Source of the DNA: Candidatus Harrisonbacteria bacterium
GTDB lineage: Bacteria; Patescibacteriota; Minisyncoccia; UBA6257; 1-14-0-10-40-38
NCBI GenBank assembly: GCA_023245035.1
Contig: JAHFLD010000003.1
Location: forward strand, 55,736 to 119,735
DNA: 64,000 bases
Direction of reading: 5' to 3'
The position numbers and the translations under genes were made by a program. Below, piece after piece: positions 39,466 to 49,011 of this stretch; the stretch's first letter is position 1; every line of letters begins with the position of its first letter. The notes beneath the pieces were generated by a model, which was not told where the DNA came from, made no database searches, and saw only the letters and a list, made by a program, of their open reading frames with translations.

Positions 39466-40512
39466 ATGTCGCGATTCGGACTTATCAGAAAAAATATCGG
39501 AATTGATCTTGGCACCAGCAATGTTCTGGTTTATTTGGATAAGCGGGGAATTGTAATCAATGAGCCGTCGGTCGTGGCGCTTAACACCAAGACCAATCAG
39601 GTGGTGGCAGTGGGCACCGAGGCGAGGGATATGCTGGGGAGGACGCCGAGCCACATTACCGTGGCGCGTCCCTTGGTTAATGGCGTCATTGCCGATTTTG
39701 AAGTTACGCAGGAAATATTGCGGCATCTTTTGCGGCGAGTAAGCAAGGATAGTATTTTTGTGAACTATCGCCGGGCGGTGGTCGGGGTGCCGAGTAATTT
39801 AACGGAGGTGGAACGCAAATCGGTAGAGGACGCGGTTATCGGCGCCGGAGTCTTTCAGGCTTTGTTGATTGAAGAGCCGCTGGCGGCCGCCTTGGGCGCT
39901 CGGTTGCCAATCAACGAGCCGACGGCCAACATGGTGGTGGATATCGGCGGGGGCACCACCGAGGTGGCGATTATCTCCATGGGCGGTATCGTAACCGCCA
40001 AGAGTCTCAAAATAGCCGGAGATAAGTTTAACGACGATATTATTCGTTTTGTGCGCGATGAGTTTAAGATCGCGATTGGTGAGCCGACCGCGGAAGAGGT
40101 CAAGATCGCGGTTGGTTCGGTTTTGCCGGTTGAAGAGCGTTTGGAAATTTCGGTTCGCGGACGGGATTTGACGACCGGTTTGCCGCGCGAGATTTTAATC
40201 AAAGACCCACACGTGCGCGCCGCCATCGGCAAGTCTTTTAAAGTTATTGTGGACGCGATTCGGGAGGTAATTGAGTCCGCGCCGCCGGAGTTGGCCGGCG
40301 ATATTCTAAAGCGGGGCGTTTATCTTTGCGGCGGCGGCAGTTTGTTGCGCGGAGTTGCCGAATATATTTCCAAAGATTTGATGGTGATGGCCACCGTGGT
40401 GGATGATCCGCTGACTTGCGTGGTGCGGGGAACCGGAGTAGCGATTGAGCACTTTGCCAAGTATCGTCCAGTCTTGCAGGATCCTTCGGAGCCACGTACG
40501 ATAAGATTGTAA
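39466..40512 (+). CDS. mreB: Rod shape-determining protein MreB, paralogue 2 (in the mre operon)
   Basis: GIDLGT.N, EEP.AAALGA, DIGGGTTEVAIISMGG; upstream of mreC. Confidence 0.96.
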   Translation: MSRFGLIRKNIGIDLGTSNVLVYLDKRGIVINEPSVVALNTKTNQVVAVGTEARDMLGRTPSHITVARPLVNGVIADFEVTQEILRHLLRRVSKDSIFVNYRRAVVGVPSNLTEVERKSVEDAVIGAGVFQALLIEEPLAAALGARLPINEPTANMVVDIGGGTTEVAIISMGGIVTAKSLKIAGDKFNDDIIRFVRDEFKIAIGEPTAEEVKIAVGSVLPVEERLEISVRGRDLTTGLPREILIKDPHVRAAIGKSFKVIVDAIREVIESAPPELAGDILKRGVYLCGGGSLLRGVAEYISKDLMVMATVVDDPLTCVVRGTGVAIEHFAKYRPVLQDPSEPRTIRL

Positions 40513-40569
40513 AGGCCGATATTTTCGGCGATTGACCGCGTTTAAAATCTTCGCCGACTGTTTTAACTT

Positions 40570-41286
40570 GTGGTACGAAAATTTTTTCAACTTACATTAT
40601 TGATTCTTTTGGCTTACGCTGCTTTTTTTGGCGTGGCTCGGCTGATGCCGCGGAGCGGTTTGGGCGCGTTGATTTCCGACGCGGCACTGTTGCCGGTGGC
40701 CGTAGTCAAAAACTTTTCCACGACTTCTTCGATCTATCGCGATCTTTTGGACTTGCTGCGGGAGAATCAGAGTTTGCGGGCTCAACTGGCGGCGAATACT
40801 TTGACGACGCCCCTCCTATTGCCGTCGGATCGCAGGGTTATCCTGGCCAGAGTTTATTCGGCTTACCCGTTTAACGATCGCGGACTTTTGAGCATTAATG
40901 TCGGGAGTTTAGAGGGGGTGCGGGAAAAGACGCCGGTGACGATTGACGGCACCTTGTTGTTTGGGGTGGTGGAGCAGGTTTTTAAGGACTATAGCCTAGT
41001 GAGGACGATGTACGATCCGGAGTGGAAGTCGGCAGTCAAACTTGGTTCTCGACGCGTGGATGCCTTGCTTAAGGGCGGACGCGAGCCACGGCTTACTTTG
41101 ATAGTTAAGGGCAAGCCGGTCGCGGAGGGCGACTCAATTTATTCCGCTAGCCGCGATTTTCCCTATGGCTTGGCGGTTGGAGAGGTTGGCAAGCTGCAAT
41201 CCGGTCAGGCCGATGCTTTTGATGAAGCTCCGGTAGTTTTCCCGTACGAACTTTCCGACATTAACGAAGTTTATCTCTTGCTATGA
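40570..41286 (+). CDS. mreC: Rod shape-determining protein MreC
   Basis: TM, short coiled coil 'L.RENQ.LR', 'IN.GS..GV', 'FP.GL.VG.V'. Confidence 0.88.
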   Translation: MVRKFFQLTLLILLAYAAFFGVARLMPRSGLGALISDAALLPVAVVKNFSTTSSIYRDLLDLLRENQSLRAQLAANTLTTPLLLPSDRRVILARVYSAYPFNDRGLLSINVGSLEGVREKTPVTIDGTLLFGVVEQVFKDYSLVRTMYDPEWKSAVKLGSRRVDALLKGGREPRLTLIVKGKPVAEGDSIYSASRDFPYGLAVGEVGKLQSGQADAFDEAPVVFPYELSDINEVYLLL

Positions 41287-41350
41287 TGGTTTACCCGGTT
41301 TCTGATTTGTGTCGCGAACCCCGCCAAGCACAGAAGTTAAATATTTATTT

Positions 41351-41833
41351 ATGAGATCTTTTTGGCCATGGCTCCTATTGGGAATTGTCTTTGTTTTTTT
41401 GGTTTTTCTACAGACAACTTCCTGGCTGATGGTTTTTGGCATTAGACCAAATTGGACCTTGTTGTTACTGACGACTCTTTCCTTTTTTGTCGGCAATTTC
41501 TTTTTGTTTATCGCGGCGGTAATTTTTACCGGATTGGTCATTTTTTCAGCTTCATCTTTTTTGCCGGTATTGGTGATTTCTGTTTTGGGTCTCTTGGCTT
41601 TTTGGCTGGGACATAGTTTGCCCGGAAAGCCATTTTTCAATAATTCCTTTATACTCGTCTTAGGAACATTTGTTTTTTATGGGTTAACCAATGCGGTTTT
41701 TTTGTCGGGCCATCCTTCGTTGGTCGCGGCCGAGGCTTTGATAAATGCTTTCTTTGGTTCTTTGTTTTTTTTGTCGCTTCGGTTTTTATTTAGAGACTCT
41801 CATGAAAAAAAGGCGCGAGTTGCAATTCGATGA
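41351..41833 (+). CDS. mreD: MreD-like membrane protein
   Basis: Very hydrophobic with 'GIRPN..L'; lies between mreC and mrdA. Confidence 0.7.
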   Translation: MRSFWPWLLLGIVFVFLVFLQTTSWLMVFGIRPNWTLLLLTTLSFFVGNFFLFIAAVIFTGLVIFSASSFLPVLVISVLGLLAFWLGHSLPGKPFFNNSFILVLGTFVFYGLTNAVFLSGHPSLVAAEALINAFFGSLFFLSLRFLFRDSHEKKARVAIR

Positions 41834-43667
41834 AGTTGTTTTTGGCGGTTCGGATGCCGATCGAGCGCGGTCGCTGGAGTTGCCGCCGTCAAAAGCTACT
41901 TTTGTTTTAGTCGCTGTTTTTATAGCGGCGCTTTTACTCTTGGTGTTGGGACGAATTCTTTTTCTTTATCCGGCCCAAGCGGCTTTTTATGCCGCCAGAG
42001 CCAATGCTAACGCGCATGAGGCGGTTATAGTTCCGGCGCGGCGCGGGGTTATTACCGACCGTTTTGGAGCGGTTTTGGCCAAGAGTAAGAGCTCTTTTTC
42101 GGTGGTGATGGATGTTACTCGTTTGCCCAGAGGCGAGCATCCCGAGGTTTATCTTGCGCAATTGGCGGAGATTTTAGGGTTGGATCCGGCGGTGTTAACC
42201 GAGGCTTTTTACAAGACTGATTTTGAAAAATCCAGCGTAGTGCCTTTGGCGAGGAACATCACCTCCGAAGAGGCTATTGCCGTCGACGGATTAAATATTC
42301 CGGTATTCAAGGTTATAGACGATTTTGAAAGAGAGTATGTTAAAGGTCCGATCTACGCTTCTGTTTTAGGGTATGTCGGCGCGGACACGGTGACTAAACT
42401 GCCGGTTGGTAAGACTGGCGTGGAGGCGGTTTACGACGATGTTCTGCGTGGGTTGGATGGGACTTCGCTTTTGTACCGCGACGCGCGGGGAAAGGTTTTT
42501 GACAGTCGGGTAACTCAAGATCCGGAGCCGGGCGCGACTTTGAAATTAACAATTGACGCCGACTTACAGGAGTATTTTTATGACCGAATGCGGGCTGGAT
42601 TGCGATCCTTGGGTAAAACTTCCGGCGTTGGTTTGGCGATTGATCCTAAGACCGGCGAGATTTTATCTTTAATAAGCCTGCCTTCTTTTGACAGTAACGT
42701 TTTCGCGCAGAAGGCTTTGAGCGATGATCGGACTGCCTTGTTGCGCGATCCGCTGAAGCCGCTTTTTAATCGGGCGGTTTCCGGAGCCTACAACCCCGGT
42801 TCGGCGATTAAGCCGTTGGTGGCTCTGGCCGCGCTCAAGGAGGGGATTGTGACACCAGAGGAGCAATTTTTTTCCGCGGGGTTTATTGAAGTTGCCAATC
42901 CTTATAACCCCGACCAGCCGAGTCGTTTTGTTGATTGGAAGGCCCACGGATGGGTGGATGTTAAATCAGCCCTGGCTCGTTCCAGCAATATTTATTTTTA
43001 TGCCGTTGGCGGAGGGCTCTTAAATGGGCAAAAAAATTATCGCGGACACGCTGGTTTGGGAATTGCTAAACTTCGGGAGTATTGGCAGAAGTTTGGTTTT
43101 GGCCAAAAGACCGGCGTTGATTTGACCGCGGAAAACAGCGGTTTTTTACCAGACCCGGATGAAAAAGAAAAGCGTACCGGGCAGATTTGGCGGATTGGCG
43201 ATACTTATAACGCCAGTATCGGTCAGGGGGATTTGTTGGTAACACCGCTTCAACTTATCGCGTTTACGGCTTCTATAGCGAGCGGAGGCAGGCTTTATCG
43301 ACCCCATTTGGTGGCTTCGGCGGAGAGTACTTCGCCGGTTTTGGATTATTCTTCTTGGACTAACGAGTTGGCTTTGGTGCGCGAGGGAATGGAGGACGCG
43401 GTTCGCAAACCATATGGCACGGCTTCGTTGCTTTATGATTTGCCGATGTTTGTCGCCGGCAAGACCGGCAGTGCGCAGTTTGCCAACAATACCAAGACCA
43501 ATGCTTTTTTTGTGGGCTATGCTCCGGCGCATGATCCGCGGATCGCGCTGTTGGTATTGGTTGAAGACGCCAAAGGGGGCAGTTTGAACGCGGTGCCAAT
43601 CGCCAAGGAGGTTTTGGCGTGGTATTATGAGCATAGAATTGCGAGTTCTCCTGATATTAAGAATTAA
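41802..43667 (+). CDS. mrdA: Penicillin-binding protein 2
   Basis: RG.I.DR.G, YNPGSAIK (SxxK), SSN, AGKTGSAQ. Confidence 0.93.
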   Translation: MKKRRELQFDEVVFGGSDADRARSLELPPSKATFVLVAVFIAALLLLVLGRILFLYPAQAAFYAARANANAHEAVIVPARRGVITDRFGAVLAKSKSSFSVVMDVTRLPRGEHPEVYLAQLAEILGLDPAVLTEAFYKTDFEKSSVVPLARNITSEEAIAVDGLNIPVFKVIDDFEREYVKGPIYASVLGYVGADTVTKLPVGKTGVEAVYDDVLRGLDGTSLLYRDARGKVFDSRVTQDPEPGATLKLTIDADLQEYFYDRMRAGLRSLGKTSGVGLAIDPKTGEILSLISLPSFDSNVFAQKALSDDRTALLRDPLKPLFNRAVSGAYNPGSAIKPLVALAALKEGIVTPEEQFFSAGFIEVANPYNPDQPSRFVDWKAHGWVDVKSALARSSNIYFYAVGGGLLNGQKNYRGHAGLGIAKLREYWQKFGFGQKTGVDLTAENSGFLPDPDEKEKRTGQIWRIGDTYNASIGQGDLLVTPLQLIAFTASIASGGRLYRPHLVASAESTSPVLDYSSWTNELALVREGMEDAVRKPYGTASLLYDLPMFVAGKTGSAQFANNTKTNAFFVGYAPAHDPRIALLVLVEDAKGGSLNAVPIAKEVLAWYYEHRIASSPDIKN

Positions 43668-43686
43668 ATTTAGTTAAGCACGATTT

Positions 43687-44658
43687 ATGATGCACGGACC
43701 CGAACTGCGCCAGGATTTAGTTTCTCATGATTGGATTGTTATCTCCGATTTTAAAGGCAAGCCGCACGAGTTTAATCGCGATAAGGCGCGGAGCGTGACC
43801 TCTTTGGACAAGTGCCCTTTTGAGGAGCGACATACTTCGCCCTTGTTGCTTTTTCCCAAAGACAGCGACTGGTCATTGCAGGTTTTTGAAAACAAGTTTC
43901 CGGCTTTTATTCCGAGCGGCACCTGTTCCCATATTTTTTCTCGTGGCCCCTACCGGGTGGCGCAGGGGATTGGACATCATGAGCTGGTGGTAACTCGGAA
44001 TCATCAGGCTGATTTTGGCGATCTGCCACAACAAGCGGCCGAGGAGGTTTTTCAGGCTTTTCAGGAGCGTTATCGGAAGTTTCTAAAGAATCGCTGTATT
44101 TCTTACGTGGCCATGTTTCACAATTGGGGACCGCTTGCCGGGGCGTCGGTTTACCATCCGCATTATCAGATTATTGCCATTCCTATCGTTCCGCCGGATG
44201 TGGAGCATTCGCTCGTCGGTTCAACGAGTTATTTTAAAAAACATCGGGAGTGCGTGCATTGCGCCATGATCCGTTGGGAATTGGAGCAGAAGTCGCGGAT
44301 AGTCTACGAAAACGAAGAGGCGGTCGTGTTTGCTCCTTTTGCTTCGCGCAGCAGTTTTGAGTTGCGGATTTTTCCCAAGGAGCATTTGCCGTATTTTGAA
44401 ACAACCCAGGAGCGCACGCTTGGTTATGTGGCCGAGGCTTTGCGCGAGGCGATCCACCGCTTGAAAACCAAGCTTCACGATCCGGATTACAATTTTTTTA
44501 TTCACACTTCACCGGTGCGCAATCGCAAACGCTACGGGCATTACCATTGGCACATTGAGATTTTGCCCAAGCTTAGTACCTTTGCCGGTTTTGAGCTTGG
44601 CACCGGAATAGATATTAATCCCACCGATCCGGATTATGCCGCGCAGGCTTTGCGCTAA
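43687..44658 (+). CDS. galT: Galactose-1-phosphate uridylyltransferase family protein
   Basis: ELR.D....W, CPF, NKFP, G.HE..V, N.G..AGAS..HPH.Q, YHWHIEI.P, GFELG. Confidence 0.9.
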   Translation: MMHGPELRQDLVSHDWIVISDFKGKPHEFNRDKARSVTSLDKCPFEERHTSPLLLFPKDSDWSLQVFENKFPAFIPSGTCSHIFSRGPYRVAQGIGHHELVVTRNHQADFGDLPQQAAEEVFQAFQERYRKFLKNRCISYVAMFHNWGPLAGASVYHPHYQIIAIPIVPPDVEHSLVGSTSYFKKHRECVHCAMIRWELEQKSRIVYENEEAVVFAPFASRSSFELRIFPKEHLPYFETTQERTLGYVAEALREAIHRLKTKLHDPDYNFFIHTSPVRNRKRYGHYHWHIEILPKLSTFAGFELGTGIDINPTDPDYAAQALR

Positions 44659-44663
44659 AACTT

Positions 44664-45176
44664 ATGAATCAAGAGTTGCTGACCATATTGCTCGCTATGT
44701 CGCCGATTTCTGAGCTGAACGGATCTATTCCGATCGCGGTTTTGGGTTTTAAATTTTCTTTAGTGAAGGCCTACGTTTTAAGTGTTTTGGGCGGGGTGAT
44801 CTTGGTCTTGCCGCTCTCTTTTGTTTTGCGCCATCTGACCGGTTTTTTTCGCCGACACTTGCCGATAGCTGATCGTTTTTTTGGCTGGCTGTTTGAGTAT
44901 ACGCGCGCCAAGCACGCGCGGGATTTTTCCCCCAAAGAAGAAATGACTCATGAGTTTAGCCATGGTTTTTTTAACCGGCGCGAATTTTATAAGGTTCTGG
45001 CCTTGTTCGGCTTTGTGGCTTTGCCGGGGCCGTTTTCCGGTGTGTGGAGCGCCTCGCTCGCGGCCTTTGTCTTTGGCATACCTTTCTGGCAATCAATCGT
45101 GGCGATTACTTTGGGCAATATTATTTCCGGCATTTTTCCGGCACTCGTGGTGGCGGGAGTTATTCATTTTTTATAA
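44664..45176 (+). CDS. Putative small multidrug export protein (COG2426-like)
   Basis: P.SEL.G.IP, FVA.P.P..G.W...LAA..FG. Confidence 0.8.
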   Translation: MNQELLTILLAMSPISELNGSIPIAVLGFKFSLVKAYVLSVLGGVILVLPLSFVLRHLTGFFRRHLPIADRFFGWLFEYTRAKHARDFSPKEEMTHEFSHGFFNRREFYKVLALFGFVALPGPFSGVWSASLAAFVFGIPFWQSIVAITLGNIISGIFPALVVAGVIHFL

Positions 45177-45184
45177 TTGATACC

Positions 45185-45904
45185 ATGAGGCCAATTCTTG
45201 CTTTTAACTGGAAGATGAATCCGCAGACCGAGGAGGAGGCGGCGAGGCTTGCCGCGGCGAGCGACGAGACTGGGGTTATTGTTTTTCCGCCCTTTCCGTT
45301 AATTCACGTGGTGCGAAACCAACTCACGAAGGCAATGCTTGGCGCGCAGGATGTTTCGGCGGCGGATGGCGGGGCTCATACCGGCGAGGTTTCTCCGGAG
45401 ATGCTTAAGGCCTTGAATGTAAGTTCGGTAATCGTCGGTCATTCCGAGCGGCGTAAGCTGGGGGAGGACGACGCGCTGGTGGCCAGCAAAGCTTTGCAAG
45501 CGGCACGGCAGGGCATTTCGCCCTTGCTTTGTGTGGGAGAAAGTGAGGCGGAGCGAAGCGATGGACTAGAAGTTGAGGTTGTAACCCGTCAGCTTAAGAC
45601 CGTTTTTGACCTGCTTGGGCGTGAAGGTCTCGGATCGCGACTGATGGTGGCTTATGAGCCGATCTGGGCGATTGGAACCGGGGAGAATGACGCGCCCGAG
45701 GATGCCAACCGCGTGGCGGAGATAATCCTTAAGGTGGCCGAAGGTTTTAACTTATTCCCGCGGGTTTTATATGGAGGGTCTGTAACTTCAGCTACGGCCG
45801 GACGTTATATTGGAAAGCATTCTACTTTGAGCGGTTTTTTGGTTGGCGGGGCGAGTCTTAAGCCAGAAGAGGTGCGGAATATGATTACCGAGTTTCTGCT
45901 ATAA
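45185..45904 (+). CDS. tpiA: Triosephosphate isomerase
   Basis: NWKMN, GAHTGEVS, VGHSERR, AYEPIWAIGTG, LYGGSV, LVGGASL. Confidence 0.97.
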   Translation: MRPILAFNWKMNPQTEEEAARLAAASDETGVIVFPPFPLIHVVRNQLTKAMLGAQDVSAADGGAHTGEVSPEMLKALNVSSVIVGHSERRKLGEDDALVASKALQAARQGISPLLCVGESEAERSDGLEVEVVTRQLKTVFDLLGREGLGSRLMVAYEPIWAIGTGENDAPEDANRVAEIILKVAEGFNLFPRVLYGGSVTSATAGRYIGKHSTLSGFLVGGASLKPEEVRNMITEFLL

Positions 45905-45927
45905 TTTTGTATTTTATAAAAAATATT

Positions 45928-46689
45928 ATGGACAAAAAAAACTTTAGCGAGGGAGTGGGTCAGTTTCTAGTTCGGGTTTTGCTGGTAGTTTTAATTGTGG
46001 TTGGGTTCAATCTCTTTTATTTTTTGAAGAGTCGGGCGGTAGCGGTGGTGCCGGCGCGGAGTATTGTGGTTTCGGCCGAGGGCAAGGCGGTAGTTTCGCC
46101 GGATATAGCCAAAATTTCTTTTTCGGCGGTGACGGAGGGCAAGGATCCGGCGGTTTTGCAGAAAGAGAATACCAAGAAGATGAACGATGCCATAGCGTAT
46201 TTGAAATCTCGGGGCATTGAAGCCAAAGACATAAAAACATCGCAGTATAATCTTTCGCCGAGATATGATTATCGCGCTTCGGATGGTGGTCGGCCGGTTT
46301 TGTCGGGCTATGTGCTGACCCAATCCGTTTTGGTTAAGGTTCGTAAATTAGAGCAGGCGGGGGAGGTGTTGGCAGGTCTTACGCCTTTGGGCATAAATGA
46401 GATTAACAGTCTTCAGTTTGACATTGATGATCCGGAGATTTTTATTCAGGAGGCCAGAGCGCAGGCGTTTGCCAAGGCTCGCGCCAAAGCCAAAGAGATG
46501 GCGCGGGAAAACGGCGTGCGTTTGGGCAAGGTGATAACCTTCACCGAGTCGCAGGGCGGGTATCCGCGACCTTATTATGACTTGAAGGCGGGAGCGATCT
46601 CGCAGGAGAGTCTGCCGCCGGTGCCGACACTTGAGGCCGGAACACAGGAGGTGACGGTGCAGGTGAGCGCGACCTACGAGTTACGGTAA
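45928..46689 (+). CDS. SIMPL (DUF541) domain protein
   Basis: V..EG.....PD.A, DIKT..Y...P.Y, A..KA...A...GV.LG. Confidence 0.88.
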   Translation: MDKKNFSEGVGQFLVRVLLVVLIVVGFNLFYFLKSRAVAVVPARSIVVSAEGKAVVSPDIAKISFSAVTEGKDPAVLQKENTKKMNDAIAYLKSRGIEAKDIKTSQYNLSPRYDYRASDGGRPVLSGYVLTQSVLVKVRKLEQAGEVLAGLTPLGINEINSLQFDIDDPEIFIQEARAQAFAKARAKAKEMARENGVRLGKVITFTESQGGYPRPYYDLKAGAISQESLPPVPTLEAGTQEVTVQVSATYELR

Positions 46690-46780
46690 AAACTTTCCGT
46701 TTATACAAGTCATCTACTTTGTTGCTCGCTCCGCTTCTCCTGCGCTGTAGCGACAATGCTACAGCTTAGTCGCTGCTCGT

Positions 46781-46994
46781 TCGCGCCGCGTAGCTGAGCT
46801 TGCATAAACGGAAAGGAAACTTATTTATCTTTCGGTCGTGTGCTCGCGAGTGCCTTGCATCTCATCTTTTTTAGGAAGAAAATGAAACATAACTACCTTT
46901 TGATTCTGTGTACGTTCTTTTTCGCTCGCGCCGCGTAGCTGAGCTCGTATAAACGGAAAGGAAACTTATTTATCTTTCGGTCGTGTGCTCGCGA
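46781..46994. repeat. 69-nt direct repeat, two copies (46781-46849 and 46926-46994)
   Basis: TCGCGCCGCGTAGCTGAGC...TGCTCGCGA with 2 mismatches. Confidence 0.9.
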
Positions 46995-47469
46995 CCTTTT
47001 TCCTATCTCTTATCTCGTACTTCATGTTTCTTTCCCAAAGCTTCTTGACTTTATAAGTCCACCTGTGCTAGGGTCTTTAGGAATGGGTGTTGGTATTCCC
47101 CGACGATGATATCGATGGAGGAATGCTTGATTTACCGATCTATTTGTGGCATTGGCCCCGCGCAAGCGGGGCTTTTGCTTTTTTGGCATATCCAACTTGT
47201 CTTTTCGTGATTTTTTTCGGCGAGGCTACCGCGCGTATTCGTCTTCTTTTCCAATTCCGCAAAAAATCCAGCGTTTTTAAAAAAACTTCTTACTTCTCCA
47301 CTGTGAACGATTTGCGCTTAGACCAGAGCTAATCTAAAATTATTGCAGTGTGCGCTTCGTTAGGCTTTCTTGAGGACTGCTAGGACGCGCACTCATTCAT
47401 TACAAATAGAATTGGAGGTCACCCCTAACAGTCCTCAAGGTAGCGTAGCGTTTGGCGAGTATTAATTTT

Positions 47470-48399
47470 ATGTTTGAAGAACATGTTCCTTTGGCGCGTT
47501 ATAGTTATTATAAGATCGGCGGCCCGGCCCGCTATTTTTATCGTCCGAGCACGATAGAGCAACTGACCGAGGGGGTGGAAACTGCCGGTCGGATGGGTTT
47601 GCCGATTTTTGTTTTGGCTGGAGCCACCAATCTTTTGATTCATGACCAGGGTTTTGCCGGGCTGGTTCTAAAGCCGGAGTTATTGGGTATTACCCGTGTG
47701 GGCTATGCGCTTGAGGTCGGCGCCGGAGTGCCAATGCACGATGTTCTGGAATTTGCCGCGGAGCACGGTCTTGCCGGACTGGAATGGGCCGGTGGTTTGC
47801 CGGGAACTTTGGGCGGCGCGATTCGTGGCAATGCCGGCGCTTTTCGTGGCGAGATAAAAGATGCGGTGGCGACGGTGACGAGTGTCGCGACTAATGAGCC
47901 ATATGTTAACTTGCGGACCAGAACCGCTTCCGAGTGCGAGTTCGGTTACCGAACCAGCGTTTTCAAAGGGGCGGCGCGCAAGGAGATTATTATCGGCGCG
48001 ACTTTGGTTTTGCGTCCGGGGGATCCGGCTTTGATTCGCGAGCAAATGAAGGAAAAAATAACCTATCGCGCTCTGCGACATCCGCTAGAGTATCCGAATA
48101 TCGGAAGTATTTTTAAAAATGTTGACTGGCGGGCGGTGCCGTTGGAGCATCAGGAGTTGCTCCGGCCGCATCTTAAAACCGATCCTTTTCCGGTGGTGCC
48201 GGTGGCGTATTTGATTTCGCAGACCGGTTTGCGTGGTGTGGCGAACGGGGGAGTGATGATCTCGCCAAAACATCCTAATTTTATTGTGAATGTTTTAAAT
48301 GGTCGCGCCGCCGAAGTTCGCGGTCTGATTCAGTTGGTAAAGGAATCGGTAGGTGAAAAATTCGGAATTCAACTTGAAGAGGAGGTTGTGTCGGTTTAG
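47470..48399 (+). CDS. murB: UDP-N-acetylenolpyruvoylglucosamine reductase
   Basis: IGGPA, GLEW..G.PGT.GGAI.GNAGA, FGYR.S, GSIFKN, S.KH.NFIVN, LE.EV. Confidence 0.95.
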   Translation: MFEEHVPLARYSYYKIGGPARYFYRPSTIEQLTEGVETAGRMGLPIFVLAGATNLLIHDQGFAGLVLKPELLGITRVGYALEVGAGVPMHDVLEFAAEHGLAGLEWAGGLPGTLGGAIRGNAGAFRGEIKDAVATVTSVATNEPYVNLRTRTASECEFGYRTSVFKGAARKEIIIGATLVLRPGDPALIREQMKEKITYRALRHPLEYPNIGSIFKNVDWRAVPLEHQELLRPHLKTDPFPVVPVAYLISQTGLRGVANGGVMISPKHPNFIVNVLNGRAAEVRGLIQLVKESVGEKFGIQLEEEVVSV

Positions 48400-48529
48400 A
48401 AGCGGAGCAAGGGGAGCGGGTGGAGGGCTAAACCCGACCCGCTCCGCGGGTCGGGGGAGCACGGGTTGTTTTTTGAATTTTGGCGGCGCTTCCCGCAACT
48501 TTTTATCATGGCTAGCTGGTATTAATAAT

Positions 48530-48883
48530 ATGAACATCAACATTAAGGCGACGCAGGTGGATTTAACACCGGCACTCAAAGAGTATGTGGAAGAAAAGTT
48601 TGGATCATTAGCCAAGTTTCTTAAGCGATGGGAGGCCGAGTCTCCGGTGGAGGTCTGGGTGGAGGTGGCGCGAACCACGCGACATCATCACAAGGGCGAG
48701 GTATTCCGAGCGGAGGGGGATGTTAAAGTTCCGGGATATATCTTTCGGGCGACGGAGGAGGATTCGGATATTCGTTCGGCGGTTGATCGGGTTCGTGACA
48801 AGTTGCAGGCGGAGATTGTTAAGTATAAGGAGATGCATACCGACTCTAAGCGGGGTGTGTCGACAGATCCTGGCCAAAAATAG
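48530..48883 (+). CDS. raiA: Ribosome hibernation factor (RaiA/HPF)
   Basis: INIKA...DLTPAL.EYVEEK...L.K, HH.KG..FRAE, D...A.D...DKL. Confidence 0.9.
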   Translation: MNINIKATQVDLTPALKEYVEEKFGSLAKFLKRWEAESPVEVWVEVARTTRHHHKGEVFRAEGDVKVPGYIFRATEEDSDIRSAVDRVRDKLQAEIVKYKEMHTDSKRGVSTDPGQK

Positions 48884-49011
48884 TAAATTTTTAGTTCTTG
48901 GGATTAGTTTTCCACAGCCCTTGACATGGCTTGAAGTCTAGTGCTACTATTGCCAAGTACCTTGAAATCGTTTTTTGTACTTTTTTCCATTCCAATGGGA
49001 GGCGGTTCTTT

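Noticed and set aside
46781-46994. Possible CRISPR array
   Set aside because: Only two 69-nt units with a 76-nt spacer; no cas genes.
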